The notes: generated from the letters alone by a model not told the origin. A stretch of DNA of 64,000 nucleotides from an uncultured Actinomycetes bacterium (GCA_963704885.1 CAVPIB010000004.1:608001-672000), one strand, 5' to 3'. Shown: positions 44,514 through 55,003, counted from the first letter of the stretch. Made by a program: numbers and translations.

Positions 44514-44520
44514 TATGCTA
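44514..44520. promoter_or_regulatory. Overlapping divergent -10 elements for pyrD and pyrE
   Basis: TATGCT on + and TAGCAT on -, each 9 nt from its ATG within a 23-bp intergenic gap. Confidence 0.55.
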
Positions 44521-44528
44521 CCGGGCCC

Positions 44529-45047
44529 ATGTCCGATCACACGAACGTCGATCTTGCGCGGCGCTTGGTCGAGGCGTCGGAACTCCGCGGGGACTTCGTC
44601 CTTTCGAGCGGCAAGCGCTCGAGCGTCTACTTCGACAAGTTCCGATTCCTCACGCAACCCTCGCTCCTGCGCGAACTGGCGAAAGAGGTGGCGGGCCTGA
44701 TCCCGTCCGGCACGGATCACCTGGCCGCGCCCGAGGGGGCGGCGACGCTCCTGGCGGCCGCGGTGTCGCTCGAGACCGGACTCCCGATCGCCGTCGTCCG
44801 GAAAGAGGCGAAGGCATACGGCACGCTTTCTCAGATCGAAGGGGACGCGCCGCCGGGAGCGAAGGCCATCTTGATCGAAGACGTCAGCACGACCGGTCAC
44901 CAGGTCTTGCGCGCGGCCAAGGCTCTGGAGCAGGCTGGTGTCGACGTTACCCGGATCGTCTTGGCGATCGATCGCGGAGGCGCTGACCAGCTCCGCCAGG
45001 CCGGCTACGACGTGGCCGCCGTAGCGATGCTCCGTCCGATCGACTGA
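44529..45047 (+). CDS. pyrE: Orotate phosphoribosyltransferase
   Basis: GDFVLSSGKRSSVYFD, VRKEAKAYG, LIEDVSTTG PRPP motif. Confidence 0.92.
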   Translation: MSDHTNVDLARRLVEASELRGDFVLSSGKRSSVYFDKFRFLTQPSLLRELAKEVAGLIPSGTDHLAAPEGAATLLAAAVSLETGLPIAVVRKEAKAYGTLSQIEGDAPPGAKAILIEDVSTTGHQVLRAAKALEQAGVDVTRIVLAIDRGGADQLRQAGYDVAAVAMLRPID

Positions 45048-45068
45048 GCACAGATCCGATATGCGCCG

Positions 45069-45788
45069 TCAGTTGCGGACGCAGCGCCAGATCTGCAGAC
45101 GCCACAGCCAGCGACTGCCGCGGCGATGGAGGTTGAGGAGCCCTTCCTTCATCATCCGAGCCACGGCGACCGACTTGCCCACGATGTCCGGAAGCGGGAA
45201 CTCGCGCTGTATCACGGACTCCATGTTGTCGCCGAAGAACCTGCGAGCAGCCTCCAGGATGGACCGCTCGTCCTGGATCGTTCCGGTGGGCAGGTAGAGA
45301 CGCCCTCCGGGTGCCAGGGTGTCGCCGATGCTCTCAAGCATCATCCGAGGGAGCTCCGCTCCGGTCGGTCCACCCGCACGGCCGTCGGGGAACCAGCCGG
45401 TCACCTGTGCGATCTCGTCGGGGATCCCCGACACGTCGCCGATCAATACGGATGCCTGGACGTCCCGAACGGGGTCCAGGAGGCTGCCCGCGCGGAACTC
45501 GACTCGATCGTCCAATCCCAGGCGTCGGGCGTTCCTGGCGGCGGCCTCGACGGCCTCCTCCGATATATCGCAGCCGATCACGCGCTTGGCGCCCAGGCGA
45601 GCGGCGACGAACGACAGGACGCCGCTGCCGCAACCCACGTCGATCACGGTGTCGTCAGGACCGATCTCAAGGGCTTCGGCGATCGTGCGACTGGTGTGGG
45701 TGGGACTGAAGACGCCGGGGTTCAGCAGGATCGTGAAAGGTCCCGTCCGACCCTTCCACTCCATCTCCGTAGCGGCGCCTTGGCTCAT
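45069..45788 (-). CDS. Class I SAM-dependent methyltransferase (PrmA/HemK-like)
   Basis: PGVFSPT, VIDVGCGSG, GCDIS, LAPGGRL. Confidence 0.8.
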   Translation of the reverse strand: MSQGAATEMEWKGRTGPFTILLNPGVFSPTHTSRTIAEALEIGPDDTVIDVGCGSGVLSFVAARLGAKRVIGCDISEEAVEAAARNARRLGLDDRVEFRAGSLLDPVRDVQASVLIGDVSGIPDEIAQVTGWFPDGRAGGPTGAELPRMMLESIGDTLAPGGRLYLPTGTIQDERSILEAARRFFGDNMESVIQREFPLPDIVGKSVAVARMMKEGLLNLHRRGSRWLWRLQIWRCVRN

Positions 45789-45801
45789 CTACCAGTGAAG
45801 A

Positions 45802-46293
45802 CTACACGTCGGGGGCTTCGAACGCCGCTTCGGCACCGGGTACGAGCGCTCCCCGGTCGACCCTGGCGGCGTCGGCCTCCAGCTTGTCGCGCAAGGTCAG
45901 CGTGTGGATCCCGCGGTGGCCATCCGGATAACCCCCGATCCGCGCTGAGGCGCGCCGCAGGAGCGTGACCGTTCCGTGAGGGTTCCCACGAAGCAGGTGC
46001 ACGTAGCCCGCCCCCATCTGCGAGAGCCCCTTGAAGAACTCGGCGTCGTGGGTGCCGCGAGCCTGCTTCCACGCCGTCTCCCACGCCTCGTGGGCCGGGA
46101 AGAACTGCCCCTCCCGGGTGAACGTGCGGCCCAGCTCATGGTTCTCATCCAAGGTCAGGTTGTCGAAATCGGGCATCTGCAGCTGGTTCTCGGCGCCCCA
46201 CGGCTGGGGGCGCCCGAGCAGATCACGTGGACGTTGCGGTTTCTGCCGCTTCTCGGTGGGGAGGCCGGTCTTGCCGTGCGCTTCCTCTGGCAT
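45802..46293 (-). CDS. DUF309 family protein
   Basis: RPRDLLGRP, FFPAHEAWETAWK, KGLSQ motifs in the C-terminal half of track ORF 45802..46812. Confidence 0.75.
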   Translation of the reverse strand: MPEEAHGKTGLPTEKRQKPQRPRDLLGRPQPWGAENQLQMPDFDNLTLDENHELGRTFTREGQFFPAHEAWETAWKQARGTHDAEFFKGLSQMGAGYVHLLRGNPHGTVTLLRRASARIGGYPDGHRGIHTLTLRDKLEADAARVDRGALVPGAEAAFEAPDV

Positions 46294-46322
46294 AGGATCG
46301 ATGCTAACCCCATCCGAGCCGG

Positions 46323-46775
46323 TCACACCGGCGCGCCCGCGCTGGTCGCGATAGCGTCGAGCGCCTCCTGCAGCACCTCGTACCGGCGTTCGCCGAGCAG
46401 CCGCCGGGTGCGGGTCTCGAGCGCCTGTACGGCCTTGCGACACTCCGTGGCGGCTCGCCGGCCATGGGCGGTCAGCTTCACCACCTTCGCGCGAGCATCG
46501 TCCGGGTCGGGCGCACGGCGCACGTATCCGCGCGACTCCAGGTCGTCGACCACCAACATCATGCCCTGCTTCGACATCCGCGCCCTGTGCGCGAGCTGGG
46601 TGAGACGCGTCCCGGACCGCCGGTCCACATGGAGGAACACGGATGCGTGCCCGGGGCGGACGTCGGGATATCCACGTTCCTCGAGCGCGTGCGCGAGCTC
46701 GATCGAAAGCGCTCGATGGGACTCCAGGAGCACTCGAACCAGATCGACCTCGGACACGACGACATCGTGTCGCAT
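46323..46775 (-). CDS. MarR-family transcriptional regulator
   Basis: LAHRARMSKQGM HTH, LESRGYVRRAPDPDDARAK wing. Confidence 0.88.
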   Translation of the reverse strand: MRHDVVVSEVDLVRVLLESHRALSIELAHALEERGYPDVRPGHASVFLHVDRRSGTRLTQLAHRARMSKQGMMLVVDDLESRGYVRRAPDPDDARAKVVKLTAHGRRAATECRKAVQALETRTRRLLGERRYEVLQEALDAIATSAGAPV

Positions 46776-46829
46776 ACGCGTCGGGTTGGTCAATGCGCCT
46801 GACCATCGCCACCGGCTAGCCTCTGGGAC

Positions 46830-47327
46830 ATGTCGATCGCGATCAGGGAGGCGAAGGCCGAGGAACATGCGCAGGCAGGGGTCGTGACGGCCGAGGCGTA
46901 TCGCGAGTTCGCGCTCGAAGGCGACCCCGACTGGCAGGAGTACCTCGTGCGCCTGGCCGACGTCGCCGACCGCGCCTCGCGGACCACGATCCTGGTGGCC
47001 GTCGAGGGCGACCGGATCCTTGGAACCGCCACGCTGGAGCTGGACGGTAGGACCGAGCCGGAGGGTGATCCGCTCGGACCCGACGAGGCACATATCCGGA
47101 TGTTGGGGGTGGTTCCCGAAGCTCGCGGACGCGGGATCGGACGCCTGATCATGGAGGCCTGCGAGGTGCGCGCAGCGGCGTCCGGACGAACCCTCATCAC
47201 CCTCAACACGACACTGCGGATGCGGAGCGCTCAGCGGATGTACGAGTCGTTGGGTTACTCCCGAGACGACGATCGTGTGTTCCCCGACGGCTTCGTGTTG
47301 CTGTCGTACTCGAAGCGACTAGTCTGA
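46830..47327 (+). CDS. GNAT N-acetyltransferase
   Basis: RMLGVVPEARGRGIG, AQRMYESLGY. Confidence 0.9.
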   Translation: MSIAIREAKAEEHAQAGVVTAEAYREFALEGDPDWQEYLVRLADVADRASRTTILVAVEGDRILGTATLELDGRTEPEGDPLGPDEAHIRMLGVVPEARGRGIGRLIMEACEVRAAASGRTLITLNTTLRMRSAQRMYESLGYSRDDDRVFPDGFVLLSYSKRLV

Positions 47328-47337
47328 TACAGACTAG
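47319..47337. repeat. Palindrome copy 2 of CTAGTC-N7-GACTAG, at a convergent gene junction
   Basis: CTAGTCTGATACAGACTAG; contains the GNAT stop codon. Confidence 0.8.
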
Positions 47338-47340
47338 ATG

Positions 47341-49320
47341 TCAGGCATCTCCGGCTCCGCTGGCCGTCCGGACGATCTCGCCGCTCGCCAGGATCACGCC
47401 GTCCTCGAACTCGGCCTGGATGAGTCCACCGCGGAACTGCTGCTCGTAGAGCCGCGCATAGAGCCCGCCCCGCTCCAAGAGCTCCTGGTGCGTCCCGCGC
47501 TCCGCGATACGTCCGCGGTCGAGGGCGAAGATCACGTCGGCCTTCAAGATCGTCGAGAGCCGGTGAGCGATGGCGATCGTTGTCCTGCCTTCCATCAATG
47601 GTTCGAGAGCCGACTGAACCAGCCGCTCGGACGTGGTGTCGAGCGAGGACGTGGCCTCGTCCAGGATGAGGATCCGCGGATCCTTCAGAACCACGCGCGC
47701 GATCGCCAGGCGCTGCTTCTCTCCGCCGGAGAGCTTGTAGCCCCGCTCCCCCACCACGGTGTCGTACCCGTCGGCGAGCTCGGCGATCCGGTCGTGGATG
47801 TTGGCGGCCCGGGCCGCGGCCTCCAACTCCTCCTGAGTCGCTTCGGGCTTGCCGTACAGCAGGTTCCGCCGGATGGTCGTGTGGAAGAGGTAGGTCTCCT
47901 GCGTCACGACGCCGATCAGGTCGCCGAGGGATTCGAGGGCGATCTTCCGAACGTCGATCCCGTCTATCTCGACCGCCCCCTCCTGGACGTCGTATAGGCG
48001 CGGCACCAGGTAGGTGATGGTGGTCTTGCCGGCACCGCTCGGACCCACCAGGGCCGCAAGCTGCCCGGGGAGGATCTCCAGGTCCACGCCATCGAGCGTC
48101 CAGGGTCGCGGCGCCTCTTGGTCCACATCGGTCTCGGACACGACGACGTCGGGAGGCGAGATCGGGAGCCGGTCCGGAGGCGGCGTGTCGTAGTGGAAGC
48201 GGATATCGCGGAGTCGGACGTGCCCGCGGACCTGCTCCGGGTCGACCACGACCGGGTCCGGATCGTCCTGGATGTCCTGAGGCAGATCCATGTACTCGAA
48301 GATCCGGTCGAACAACGCGAACGACGTCTGAACGTCGTTCGAGATCTGCAGCATCGATCCGATCGGGAAGAAGATCCTGGACTGGAGGGTGGTGAACGCG
48401 ACGATCGTGCCCGCGGTGATCGCCGCCGGTTCGCTCGACGTCACCCATCCCACGACGAGGTAGGTCAACGCCGGCATGATCGCGAAGAACGTCCCGACGA
48501 TCGCGAAGAAAGACTGGCCGATCATCGTCTGACGGATCGTGAACCCGGTGAGTCGCTGGTTCTCCTCACGATATCGGTCGATCTCGTGTCGCTGACGTCC
48601 GAACGACTTCGATAGCAGGATGCCACTGACGCTCAGGGTCTCCTCGGTGATCGCGGTGAGGTCGGCGAGCGTCCTCTGGGTGTTGGTCGCGACCTCACGA
48701 CGGGCGCGTCCCACCTTGACGGTGAGCCAGATGAAGATCGGCGTGATGCAGAGCGACATCACCGTGAGCGGCCACGAAAGGAGAAGCATCGCGATCAGCG
48801 TGCTCAGGATGATCACGACGTTGGCGAGGAGGGAGGCGGCCGTGCTGGTGACCACGGATTGGACCCCGCCCACATCGTTCCCCAGCCGAGACTGGATCTC
48901 ACCGGTCCGGGTCGTGGTGAAGAACCGCAGCGGCATGAACTGCAGGTGCCTGTAGAGACCGTTGCGCAGGTCCTGCATCACCTTCAAGCCGATGAGGTTC
49001 GATAGATACGTCTGGCCGACACCGATCGCGCTCGTGATCATGGGGATGGCGATCATCAACGCGACGAGCCGATACAGGACGGGAAGATCGGGATGACACG
49101 CCGTCGCGGTGCAGTTCAGGCCCGTGTCGAAGACCTGCTTTATGAGCAGCGGGTTCACGATACCCAGGGCCGAGGTCAAGACGATGGCGACCCCGACCAC
49201 GACCACCCGACGTCGGTATGGACTGAAGGTCGCCACGACGCGGCGGACCGTGGTTCGCGTGATGGGACGCTTGTCCTCGTCCGAGAGGGGAGCAGCGAAG
49301 AAACGGCCGTGGCGACCCAT
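47341..49320 (-). CDS. ABC exporter, fused permease/ATPase
   Basis: N-terminal TM domain, GPSGAGKTT, LSGGEKQR, ILDEATSSLD, IAHRLST. Confidence 0.92.
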   Translation of the reverse strand: MGRHGRFFAAPLSDEDKRPITRTTVRRVVATFSPYRRRVVVVGVAIVLTSALGIVNPLLIKQVFDTGLNCTATACHPDLPVLYRLVALMIAIPMITSAIGVGQTYLSNLIGLKVMQDLRNGLYRHLQFMPLRFFTTTRTGEIQSRLGNDVGGVQSVVTSTAASLLANVVIILSTLIAMLLLSWPLTVMSLCITPIFIWLTVKVGRARREVATNTQRTLADLTAITEETLSVSGILLSKSFGRQRHEIDRYREENQRLTGFTIRQTMIGQSFFAIVGTFFAIMPALTYLVVGWVTSSEPAAITAGTIVAFTTLQSRIFFPIGSMLQISNDVQTSFALFDRIFEYMDLPQDIQDDPDPVVVDPEQVRGHVRLRDIRFHYDTPPPDRLPISPPDVVVSETDVDQEAPRPWTLDGVDLEILPGQLAALVGPSGAGKTTITYLVPRLYDVQEGAVEIDGIDVRKIALESLGDLIGVVTQETYLFHTTIRRNLLYGKPEATQEELEAAARAANIHDRIAELADGYDTVVGERGYKLSGGEKQRLAIARVVLKDPRILILDEATSSLDTTSERLVQSALEPLMEGRTTIAIAHRLSTILKADVIFALDRGRIAERGTHQELLERGGLYARLYEQQFRGGLIQAEFEDGVILASGEIVRTASGAGDA

Positions 49321-49368
49321 GAGGCAAGGATACGGGCGCCCACCGATACGACCGCGGACGGCCAGGCT

Positions 49369-50073
49369 CTAGACGACCTCCGGATGGATGGGATCTTGCA
49401 CCAGGGAGCGAGCCCGGCTCATGACCTCGTCGAGCATCGAGGGTGTGAGCTTGCCGGTGAACGTGTTCTGCTGGCTGGGGTGGAAGCAGCCGATCAGCGA
49501 GTAGGGGGCTAGGGCGGCCTCCGCCCCGTGTCCGAACCGCGGCTTGGGCTTCGCGGAGTGGCCGAGCGTGGCGAGCGCACGCAGCGCCCCGTCCCAGGCG
49601 AACGACCCGAGCGCGACGATCACTCGCAACTCCGGCAGGGCCGCGATCTCGCGTTCGAGGAACGGGAGGCACGCGTCGCGCTCCTGGGGGGTGGGCCTGT
49701 TGCCCGGCGGAGCGCAACGGTTCACCGCGCTCACATAAGCGCCGTAGAGGAGCAGGCCGTCGCCGCGCGAGACCGACGTCGGTTGGTTCGCGAAACCGCA
49801 GCGGTTGAGCGAGGCGTAGAGGAAGTCACCCGATCGATCCCCTGTGAAGATCCGTCCCGTCCGGTTGCCACCATGCGCCGCAGGCGCGAGCCCCAGGATC
49901 AGCACGCGTGCGTCCGGATCTCCGAAGCCCGGCACCGGCCGGCCCCAGTACTCCTGGTCGGCGAAGCGAGCGACCTTCTCGCGAGCCGCCTGTTCCCGCC
50001 AGGCGACCAACCGAGGACATGCCCGGCAAGCGACGACTTCGGCCTGGACGTCGGTCAACATGTCGCGCGTCAC
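49369..50073 (-). CDS. Uracil-DNA glycosylase family 5 (UdgB-like, Fe-S)
   Basis: CRACPRL, GLAPAAHGGNRTGRIFTGD, CAPPGN, HPSQQN. Confidence 0.9.
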   Translation of the reverse strand: MTRDMLTDVQAEVVACRACPRLVAWREQAAREKVARFADQEYWGRPVPGFGDPDARVLILGLAPAAHGGNRTGRIFTGDRSGDFLYASLNRCGFANQPTSVSRGDGLLLYGAYVSAVNRCAPPGNRPTPQERDACLPFLEREIAALPELRVIVALGSFAWDGALRALATLGHSAKPKPRFGHGAEAALAPYSLIGCFHPSQQNTFTGKLTPSMLDEVMSRARSLVQDPIHPEVV

Positions 50074-51698
50074 CGGCGCGCGGCCGCCCAGTCGTCGAAC
50101 CCCCCGATGGAGGACGTGACCTCGCCGTCGCGCACCTCCAGGATCCGATCGGGGATCCGGTCCAGCAGGTACCGGTCGTGCGAGATCACGATCACGGTCC
50201 CGTCGAACGCCTCCAGCGTGGACTCGAGCACCTCCATGCTCTCGATGTCCAGGTGGTTCGTGGGTTCGTCCAACAGCAGACAGTTCGCCCCGCCGAGCAT
50301 GAGCAGGCATAGCTGCAGCCGCGTGCGTTCGCCGCCGGAGAGCGTCCCCACCGGCTGGCGCATCTGCTCGTAGCGGAACAGGAACCGACCGAGGAGCGAG
50401 ACCGCGTCCTCCTCATACATGGGCTTCGCGTTGCGCACGAACTGGATAGGCGTGAGGTGCGGCGGCTCGGTCTCATGGCCCTGCGCCAAGTAGCCGAACC
50501 TCACCGACGGCCCCACCCATCGCTCCCCCGTCGTGGGCTCGATCGCACCCGTCAGCACCTGGCCGAGCACGCTCTTGCCGGCGCCGTTCGCACCTATCAC
50601 GCCCACGCGCTCGCCGCGCGTGATGGTGAGATCGACGTCCAGGAGCACCGGATCGTCTCCGAATGCCACGGACACGCCGCGGAGCTCCACGATCTTCTTG
50701 CCGCCCCGCTCCGTGGCGCGCATCTCGAGCGCGATCTTCCGTCGTTCGAACACCGGGCGGTCGACCTTGTCCATGCGATCGATCTGCCGCTGCTTGTTCC
50801 GCGCCTGCTTGATGTGGCGTTCGTCCACCACGATGCTCGCCCAGAGCTTGAACCGGGCGATCGCCTCTTCCAGCCGCGCGATCTCCTTCTGCTGAGTGAC
50901 GTAGAGCTGCTGCTGACGCTGGAGCGCGATCTCCTTCGCCACCGCGAACGCGGAGTAGTTGCCGGGCCAGAGCGTGATCCTCCCGTCGTCCAGCTCGGCG
51001 ATCTGATCGACCGTGTCGTCCAACAGGTATCTGTCATGCGAGATCGACACCACCCCGCCGGGGAACCCGGCGATCAGATCCTCCAGCTGCTCGCGCCGGT
51101 CGGCGTCCAGGTGGGTTTCGGGCTCGTCCAGCAGAAGCAGATCCGGCTGCCGGATGAGGCAGGCCGCGAGCGCGACCAGCTTCCGCTGTCCACCCGAGAG
51201 CTGAGTCGTCGGCAGCGCCAGATCGTCCTCGGGTATGTCGAGCGAGAGCAAAAGGCTTCGCACCTGGCCGGCCAGGCCCGGGCCGCCGATCTCCACCCAC
51301 CGGTCCAGCAACCCTTGCTGCCGAGTGAGGACGCGCTCCATCCGCGCCAGGTCCGCGATCACGTCCGGGCGAGCCAGCTCCTGCTCTACCGCGCGCAGCT
51401 GCCCGTCCAGGTCCGCCACATCGGGGCGCGCGGCCATGACCGTCGCCTCGGCGGTCCGCTCATCGCCGTCGGGGTTCTGATCCAGGTACGCGGTCACCAG
51501 CCCACGACGCCGGACCACCTCGCCGGCCGACGGCGTCTCGAGGTCGGCCAGGATCTTGAGCATGGTCGACTTGCCGGCGCCGTTGGGACCGACGATGCCG
51601 ATCCGGGCACGCTCCGTCACCTCGAAGTCCAGACCCTTGAAGACCGTCCAAGAGCCGAAGGACTTCTCGACGCCGACCAAGGCGGCAAGCGTGGTCAC
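50070..51698 (-). CDS. ABC-F family ATPase
   Basis: Two NBDs (GPNGAGKST/LSGGQ/DEPETHLD and GANGAGKS/LSGGE/DEPTNHLD), linker, no TM segments. Confidence 0.92.
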   Translation of the reverse strand: MTTLAALVGVEKSFGSWTVFKGLDFEVTERARIGIVGPNGAGKSTMLKILADLETPSAGEVVRRRGLVTAYLDQNPDGDERTAEATVMAARPDVADLDGQLRAVEQELARPDVIADLARMERVLTRQQGLLDRWVEIGGPGLAGQVRSLLLSLDIPEDDLALPTTQLSGGQRKLVALAACLIRQPDLLLLDEPETHLDADRREQLEDLIAGFPGGVVSISHDRYLLDDTVDQIAELDDGRITLWPGNYSAFAVAKEIALQRQQQLYVTQQKEIARLEEAIARFKLWASIVVDERHIKQARNKQRQIDRMDKVDRPVFERRKIALEMRATERGGKKIVELRGVSVAFGDDPVLLDVDLTITRGERVGVIGANGAGKSVLGQVLTGAIEPTTGERWVGPSVRFGYLAQGHETEPPHLTPIQFVRNAKPMYEEDAVSLLGRFLFRYEQMRQPVGTLSGGERTRLQLCLLMLGGANCLLLDEPTNHLDIESMEVLESTLEAFDGTVIVISHDRYLLDRIPDRILEVRDGEVTSSIGGFDDWAAARR

Positions 51699-52381
51699 GG
51701 TCGGTGGGTCGCGTTCATCTCGCGAAGCGACGGTGGTGGATCCGGCGCCTCCAGCCAGCGCTCCATGTTCGCCTTCACGGCGGGCCACTCTGAGTCGAGC
51801 AGGGCGTACCACGCGGTGTCGCGGTTGCGGCCCTTGATGATCATGTGCTGGCGGAACACGCCTTCGAACGTGAAGCTCAGGCGCTCAGCCGCCGTGCGCG
51901 ACCGGGTGTTCAACGCGTCGCACTTCCACTCGACCCGGCGGTGCCCCAGCTCGTCGAATGCGGTCCGCAGCATCAGGTACACGGACTCGGTGTTAGCCCG
52001 TGTGCGTTGCGCGCGCGGCGCGAACCAGATGTTCCCCAGCTCCAGATGGCGCATGTCCGGATCGATGTTCATGAACGTCACCAGACCGACCGGATCATCG
52101 GACCGGCGATCGATCACCGTGAAGAACATCGGATCGTCCGACTCTGGCAATGGGTCGATCCACAGGCTCATCGAACCCTGGTCAGCCCACGGCCCGTACG
52201 CCATGTACGTCCACATGCGCGCGGCTTCGTCGCTTCCGTCATGGGAGGCAGCGAACAACCCCGCGGCGTGTGCGTCCGGGTCCACCGGTACGAGCGACAC
52301 GAACCTGCCTTCGATCGGTTCGCGACTCGGACGCCGCGCCGGTGTCTGCGAGACCGGGTCGCCGATCGGGAGATCGCCCAC
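51695..52381 (-). CDS. RimJ/RimL-type GNAT acetyltransferase
   Basis: RRVEWKCDALN, FTFEGVFRQH, KGRNRDTAWY. Confidence 0.88.
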   Translation of the reverse strand: MGDLPIGDPVSQTPARRPSREPIEGRFVSLVPVDPDAHAAGLFAASHDGSDEAARMWTYMAYGPWADQGSMSLWIDPLPESDDPMFFTVIDRRSDDPVGLVTFMNIDPDMRHLELGNIWFAPRAQRTRANTESVYLMLRTAFDELGHRRVEWKCDALNTRSRTAAERLSFTFEGVFRQHMIIKGRNRDTAWYALLDSEWPAVKANMERWLEAPDPPPSLREMNATHRP

Positions 52382-52383
52382 GG

Positions 52384-53706
52384 CTAGGATCCGCGCGCGG
52401 CGAGCGCGGCGTCGGCCAGCACGTCGAGCGCCTCGTCCAGCTGCTGGTCGGTGATAACGAGAGGTGGCAGGTGGCGCAACACGTTGTGGTACAGGCCGCA
52501 CGAGACTGTGATCAGGCCGCGCCGTTGCGTCTCGGCCATCAGCCGGCCGACGTAGTCTCCGTCCGGCTCCTTGGTCTCCCGGTCGCTCACCATCTCCACG
52601 CCGATCATCGAACCCAGGCCGCGGATGTCGCCGATCTGCGGCACGTCGCCGGACAGCTCCTCCCAGCGCGAACGGATCGCCTTGCCTACGATCTCGGCCC
52701 GCTCGATCAACCCTTCTTCCTCGATCACATCCATGACGGCGTTCGCGGCGGCGCATGCTACGGGGTTCCCGACGTACGTGCCGCCGATCGCGGAGGGACC
52801 GGGAGCGTCCATGATCTCGGTGCGACCGACCACGGCCGAGAGCGGGTAGCCGCTGCCGAGCGCCTTCGCCAGGATCACGATGTCGGGGTCCAGGCCGAAG
52901 TGCTCGCTCGCGAGGAAACGGCCGGTCCGCCCGCACCCGGACTGGATCTCATCGGCGATCGTGAGGATGCCTTGCTCGCGGCAGAGCGCCTGCACGCCCG
53001 GCAGGAACTCGGGCGCCGGCACGATGTAGCCACCCTCCCCTTGCTCGGGCTCGAAGATCACCGCCGCGACCGAGCGAGGGTCGACGACGGTGGTGAACGC
53101 GCGCTTCAAGACGTCGAGCGCGAGCTGCCCCGATCGCTCCGGGTTCGAGCTCCGATACGGATACGAGAACGGCACGCGGTAGACCTCGGGCGCGAACGGC
53201 CCGAACCCGCGCTTGTAAGGCGTGTGCCGGCTGGTGAGTGACATGGTCAGTAGCGTCCGTCCGTGGAACGCCCCCTCGAAGCACACGACACCCGGCCGTC
53301 CTGTCGCAGCCTTGGCGAACTTGACCGCGTTCTCCACGGCCTCCGCGCCGGAGTTGAAGAGGGCCACCTTGCGGTCGCCCCCCACGGCTCGGACCAACCT
53401 CTCGGCCAGCTCCACATAGACCTCGTACGGCACCACCGAGAAGTCCGTATGCGAGAACTTGGCTGCCTGCCGCTGTACGGCCTCCACCACCTTGGGGTGC
53501 GAGTGACCTACCAGGAGACACCCCAATCCGCTCGAGAAGTCGATCATGGTGTTGCCGTCGACGTCGGTGACGGCGGCGCCGAGCCCGTGGTCGATGACCG
53601 AGTTCACGTGCAGGTCGAGCGGGTCGCACACCACTCGTTCCTTGCGAGCGATGATCTCGCGCGAGTTCGGACCCGGGAGCTCGGTCAGCATCTCGATCGT
53701 GGGCAC
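52384..53706 (-). CDS. gabT: Class III aminotransferase, 4-aminobutyrate transaminase-like
   Basis: [42 protein letters not shown]. Confidence 0.8.
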   Translation of the reverse strand: MPTIEMLTELPGPNSREIIARKERVVCDPLDLHVNSVIDHGLGAAVTDVDGNTMIDFSSGLGCLLVGHSHPKVVEAVQRQAAKFSHTDFSVVPYEVYVELAERLVRAVGGDRKVALFNSGAEAVENAVKFAKAATGRPGVVCFEGAFHGRTLLTMSLTSRHTPYKRGFGPFAPEVYRVPFSYPYRSSNPERSGQLALDVLKRAFTTVVDPRSVAAVIFEPEQGEGGYIVPAPEFLPGVQALCREQGILTIADEIQSGCGRTGRFLASEHFGLDPDIVILAKALGSGYPLSAVVGRTEIMDAPGPSAIGGTYVGNPVACAAANAVMDVIEEEGLIERAEIVGKAIRSRWEELSGDVPQIGDIRGLGSMIGVEMVSDRETKEPDGDYVGRLMAETQRRGLITVSCGLYHNVLRHLPPLVITDQQLDEALDVLADAALAARGS

Positions 53707-53784
53707 ACGTCCTCCTTGCGGCCTCGGGGTGAGCGTCAGCCGGGAAGGCTATCGCGGAGGTGGGGCGAGCGGCAGCGGGTCCGG

Positions 53785-54189
53785 CTACCGAGCCCCCAGC
53801 TCGCGGAACCGGGCCGCCGCTGACACGAAGACCTCGAGCGGACCAAGGAGCTCTTCCACGGCCCAGATCAGCCCTTCGAACCCTCCCAGCTCGGGCGCCT
53901 CCTCGCGGAGTCGCCGCGCCCGCCGAAGGGATTCGTCGATCCCGCGGTCGCACGCGGCCCAATCGGGTTCGACAGCATCCGCGCACCACGCCGGCATAAG
54001 CGCTCGCGCTCTCGTCACCCCTTCTTCGAACTCAAGCAACGCGTCGGGCAGTGAGCGACCCGGCATCCGCGTGGTCGGCATGACATCCGTGAGCGCCGCC
54101 TTCGCCGGCTCGATCTGGTCCAGGACCCTGCGGAACGCCGCGAACGAGGACCCGAGCTCAGGGGGCAGCCGTCTCCGACGGAGCCTCAC
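53785..54189 (-). CDS. Hypothetical protein
   Basis: GTG start overlaps the upstream stop (GTGA); helical protein-like sequence; no recognised motif. Confidence 0.55.
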   Translation of the reverse strand: MRLRRRRLPPELGSSFAAFRRVLDQIEPAKAALTDVMPTTRMPGRSLPDALLEFEEGVTRARALMPAWCADAVEPDWAACDRGIDESLRRARRLREEAPELGGFEGLIWAVEELLGPLEVFVSAAARFRELGAR

Positions 54190-54980
54190 GGTCCGAAGGC
54201 CTCCGTCCGTGCGGCGACGATCGCGGCCGGGTCGTTCGTGGCGACGGCGTCCACCCCGGACCTCATCAGGGCGACGGCATCGGCAGGATCGTCGGTCAGC
54301 CATGTGCCTAGTCGCATCCCTTCCCCGTGTACGCGATCAGCCAAGGAGGATCCAGCGGCGAGCACCCCTCCAGCGAAAGGCAGGACCCAGGCGTGACCCT
54401 GATCCCGAGCGAACCCGAACGCGGCGAGCGGGTCGACGTCCTCTGTCGTGAGCAACCCTGTCGGAACGTCCGGCGCCAGCGCGAGCGCCCGCGCGATCGA
54501 GGAAGGGTTGAAGCTCGAGATCAAGACCGTGCCCACGAACGCCACCTCGTCCAGGGCGCGGAGCGTCGCCTCAACGGCGAGCTCGTTCTCGCCGTCGAAG
54601 TCAGGCTCGCCGGGGATGTTCTTGATCTCCACGTCCACGGCGGCCCGGCCGGACAGGCACGCGAGCGCATCCTCTAGCGTGGGCACCTCGACGAGCGCGC
54701 CGTCGGCCGTGCGGATCCTAAGCGCCTTCAGCTCGTCCAGGCGGAGATCGCGCACCAGGCCGTGTCCGCCGGTGGTTCGCGAAACATCCGGATCGTGCAT
54801 AACCACGGCGACGTCGTCGGCGGTCATCCGCACGTCGAACTCCACGACGTCTGACCCCACGGCCACCGCCGCGTCGAAAGCAGCGAGGGTGTTCTCGGCC
54901 TCCATGGCAGAGAACCCACGGTGCGCCACGACCAGCCTGTCGGCCTCTTGACTGAATCTTCGTTCAGACACTAGGCTCAC
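54186..54980 (-). CDS. Glycerophosphodiester phosphodiesterase
   Basis: AHRG, ENTLAAF, EFDV, VMHD, VEIK, ISSF, TNDP. Confidence 0.92.
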   Translation of the reverse strand: MSLVSERRFSQEADRLVVAHRGFSAMEAENTLAAFDAAVAVGSDVVEFDVRMTADDVAVVMHDPDVSRTTGGHGLVRDLRLDELKALRIRTADGALVEVPTLEDALACLSGRAAVDVEIKNIPGEPDFDGENELAVEATLRALDEVAFVGTVLISSFNPSSIARALALAPDVPTGLLTTEDVDPLAAFGFARDQGHAWVLPFAGGVLAAGSSLADRVHGEGMRLGTWLTDDPADAVALMRSGVDAVATNDPAAIVAARTEAFGP

Positions 54981-55003
54981 CCTACTCCCTGCCCTGCAGG
55001 CTC

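Noticed and set aside
50070-51698. ABC-F as an antibiotic resistance gene
   Set aside because: No leader peptide or other subfamily evidence visible; cannot be separated from housekeeping ABC-F proteins by eye.
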